A stretch of 64,000 nucleotides of DNA from Octopus bimaculoides (taxonomy: Eukaryota): NCBI RefSeq assembly GCF_001194135.2, contig NC_068986.1:4451393-4515392 (forward strand). Direction: 5' to 3'. A model generated the notes under the pieces. That model searched no databases and had not been told where the DNA came from. It saw only the letters and a list, made by a program, of their open reading frames with translations. The translations under genes were made by a program, and so were the position numbers. Below are positions 63,036 to 64,000 of the stretch, piece after piece (the stretch's first letter is position 1; the number at the start of each line of letters is the position of its first letter).

Positions 63036-63339
63036 CAGTACACTGTTTACAGATGCTTATATTTTTAATGTTTTCCCTGAATTTTTCACAGGTCCAGCTA
63101 GTACATATAAATGCACAAACATGCATACATGTGCATATGCATATATATATATATTTGTGTGTGTGTGTGTGTACAAGTATGTACATGAATGTGTATATGC
63201 ATGCAACAGATGCTATTTGTAATGAATCAACCTTGTTAATCAATGATAACATCTCGTGTATTTTAGCATGCATGTGTGTGTGTGTGTGTATTTTTTCAGT
63301 CATTACTCAATATTTATGACCATTGGCGAGGACAGGCAC

Positions 63340-63480
63340 GAAAACCAAACTGCTGCTACTTCCTTGCATTGAGAGGTCAGAGCTTCACTACCACGGACAT
63401 GTGATAAGAATTTTGCAGGAAAGGATTTCAAAATGGATTGTTCAAGCTGAGCCAACTGTGGTAGCCAAAGATTGAAATGG
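63340..63480 (+). mobile_element. RTE (Expander/Rex3-like) LINE C-terminal fragment
   Basis: Encodes LLPCIERSELHYHGHVIRILQERISKWIVQAEPT, resembling the LLxxIERSQLRWxGHxxRM...PTG motif. Confidence 0.55.
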
Positions 63481-63769
63481 TTGGGTAACGTTTATCCCCA
63501 ATTAAACGTGGACAAAACATTAGAACAAAATGTACTGCAGTAGATATGAGAGAAACTCCCATATTGGCTTTTCATGCAAATGCAAGAGTTTCTCACATGG
63601 TATTTGGTGCAACATATGAGGGTCTCTTTCATGGTATCTACTACATATCTTTGAAAGCACAAAGCTGGTATACAATTTGTTGTCAAACTATGTCTGCATT
63701 GTTCACAGAAACACACACAAACACAAAAATAATTGCTCACTCACTCACATGCATACATGCATCATGAGC

Positions 63770-63902
63770 TGTGTAGAATTCCTGGCATCAAGCACTGGTT
63801 GGCCCAGGGCTACATAAAAGACACTACGCCCAGGTGATGTACATCAGGAATGAATCCGAAATTATTTGGTTCAAAGGTGAATCTTTAGCCATATGGCTAT
63901 GC
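63770..63902 (-). mobile_element. Family B SINE head, degraded
   Basis: ggcccagggctacataaaagacact...tttagccatatggctatgc. Confidence 0.55.
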
Positions 63903-63969
63903 TTCAGTGTGTATGTTTGTGTCAGAATGTGTGTATAAACATATATACAAATATATATGTATATATATC

Positions 63970-64000
<31 letters not shown>

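Noticed and set aside
1-64000. tRNA genes, rRNA, CRISPR arrays, prokaryotic operons
   Set aside because: tRNA-like A/B boxes occur only as SINE heads; no rRNA similarity or regularly spaced repeat-spacer array; sequence is eukaryotic.

Overview
AT-rich, repeat-dominated eukaryotic genomic DNA from a gapped draft assembly (8 N-runs). The repeat complement is what I recognise from octopod cephalopod genomes, most likely Octopus; this is an inference, not a database match. It includes four recurrent SINE-like or LINE-tail families, TTAA-flanked piggyBac-type MITEs, RTE LINE ends and abundant (TA)n/(CA)n/(CT)n/(ATC)n microsatellites. There is no recognisable host gene, rRNA, stand-alone tRNA or CRISPR array, and nearly all ORF-track entries are microsatellite, N-gap or repeat artefacts. 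Protein-level signal is confined to decayed non-LTR retrotransposons. These are several RTE C-termini (one ending in tandem C2H2-type zinc fingers, 4872-5208), an R4/Dong-type RLE C-terminus inserted in a (TAA)n tract (52467-52785), a HERO/NeSL-type RLE C-terminus (60480-61080) and a possible Penelope-like remnant (about 34040-34900). Several short splice-bounded, phase-compatible exon candidates suggest the window is largely intronic to one or more unidentified genes. The best is a terminal exon pair at 37389-37537, but none could be assigned to a known protein. The most notable structural observations are multi-level MITE/SINE nesting, closely spaced inverted SINEs, a 74-bp-arm hairpin and a 99% identical 204-bp local duplication ending at a splice-donor-like site. 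Repeat boundaries are approximate (by eye, roughly 10-20 bp).
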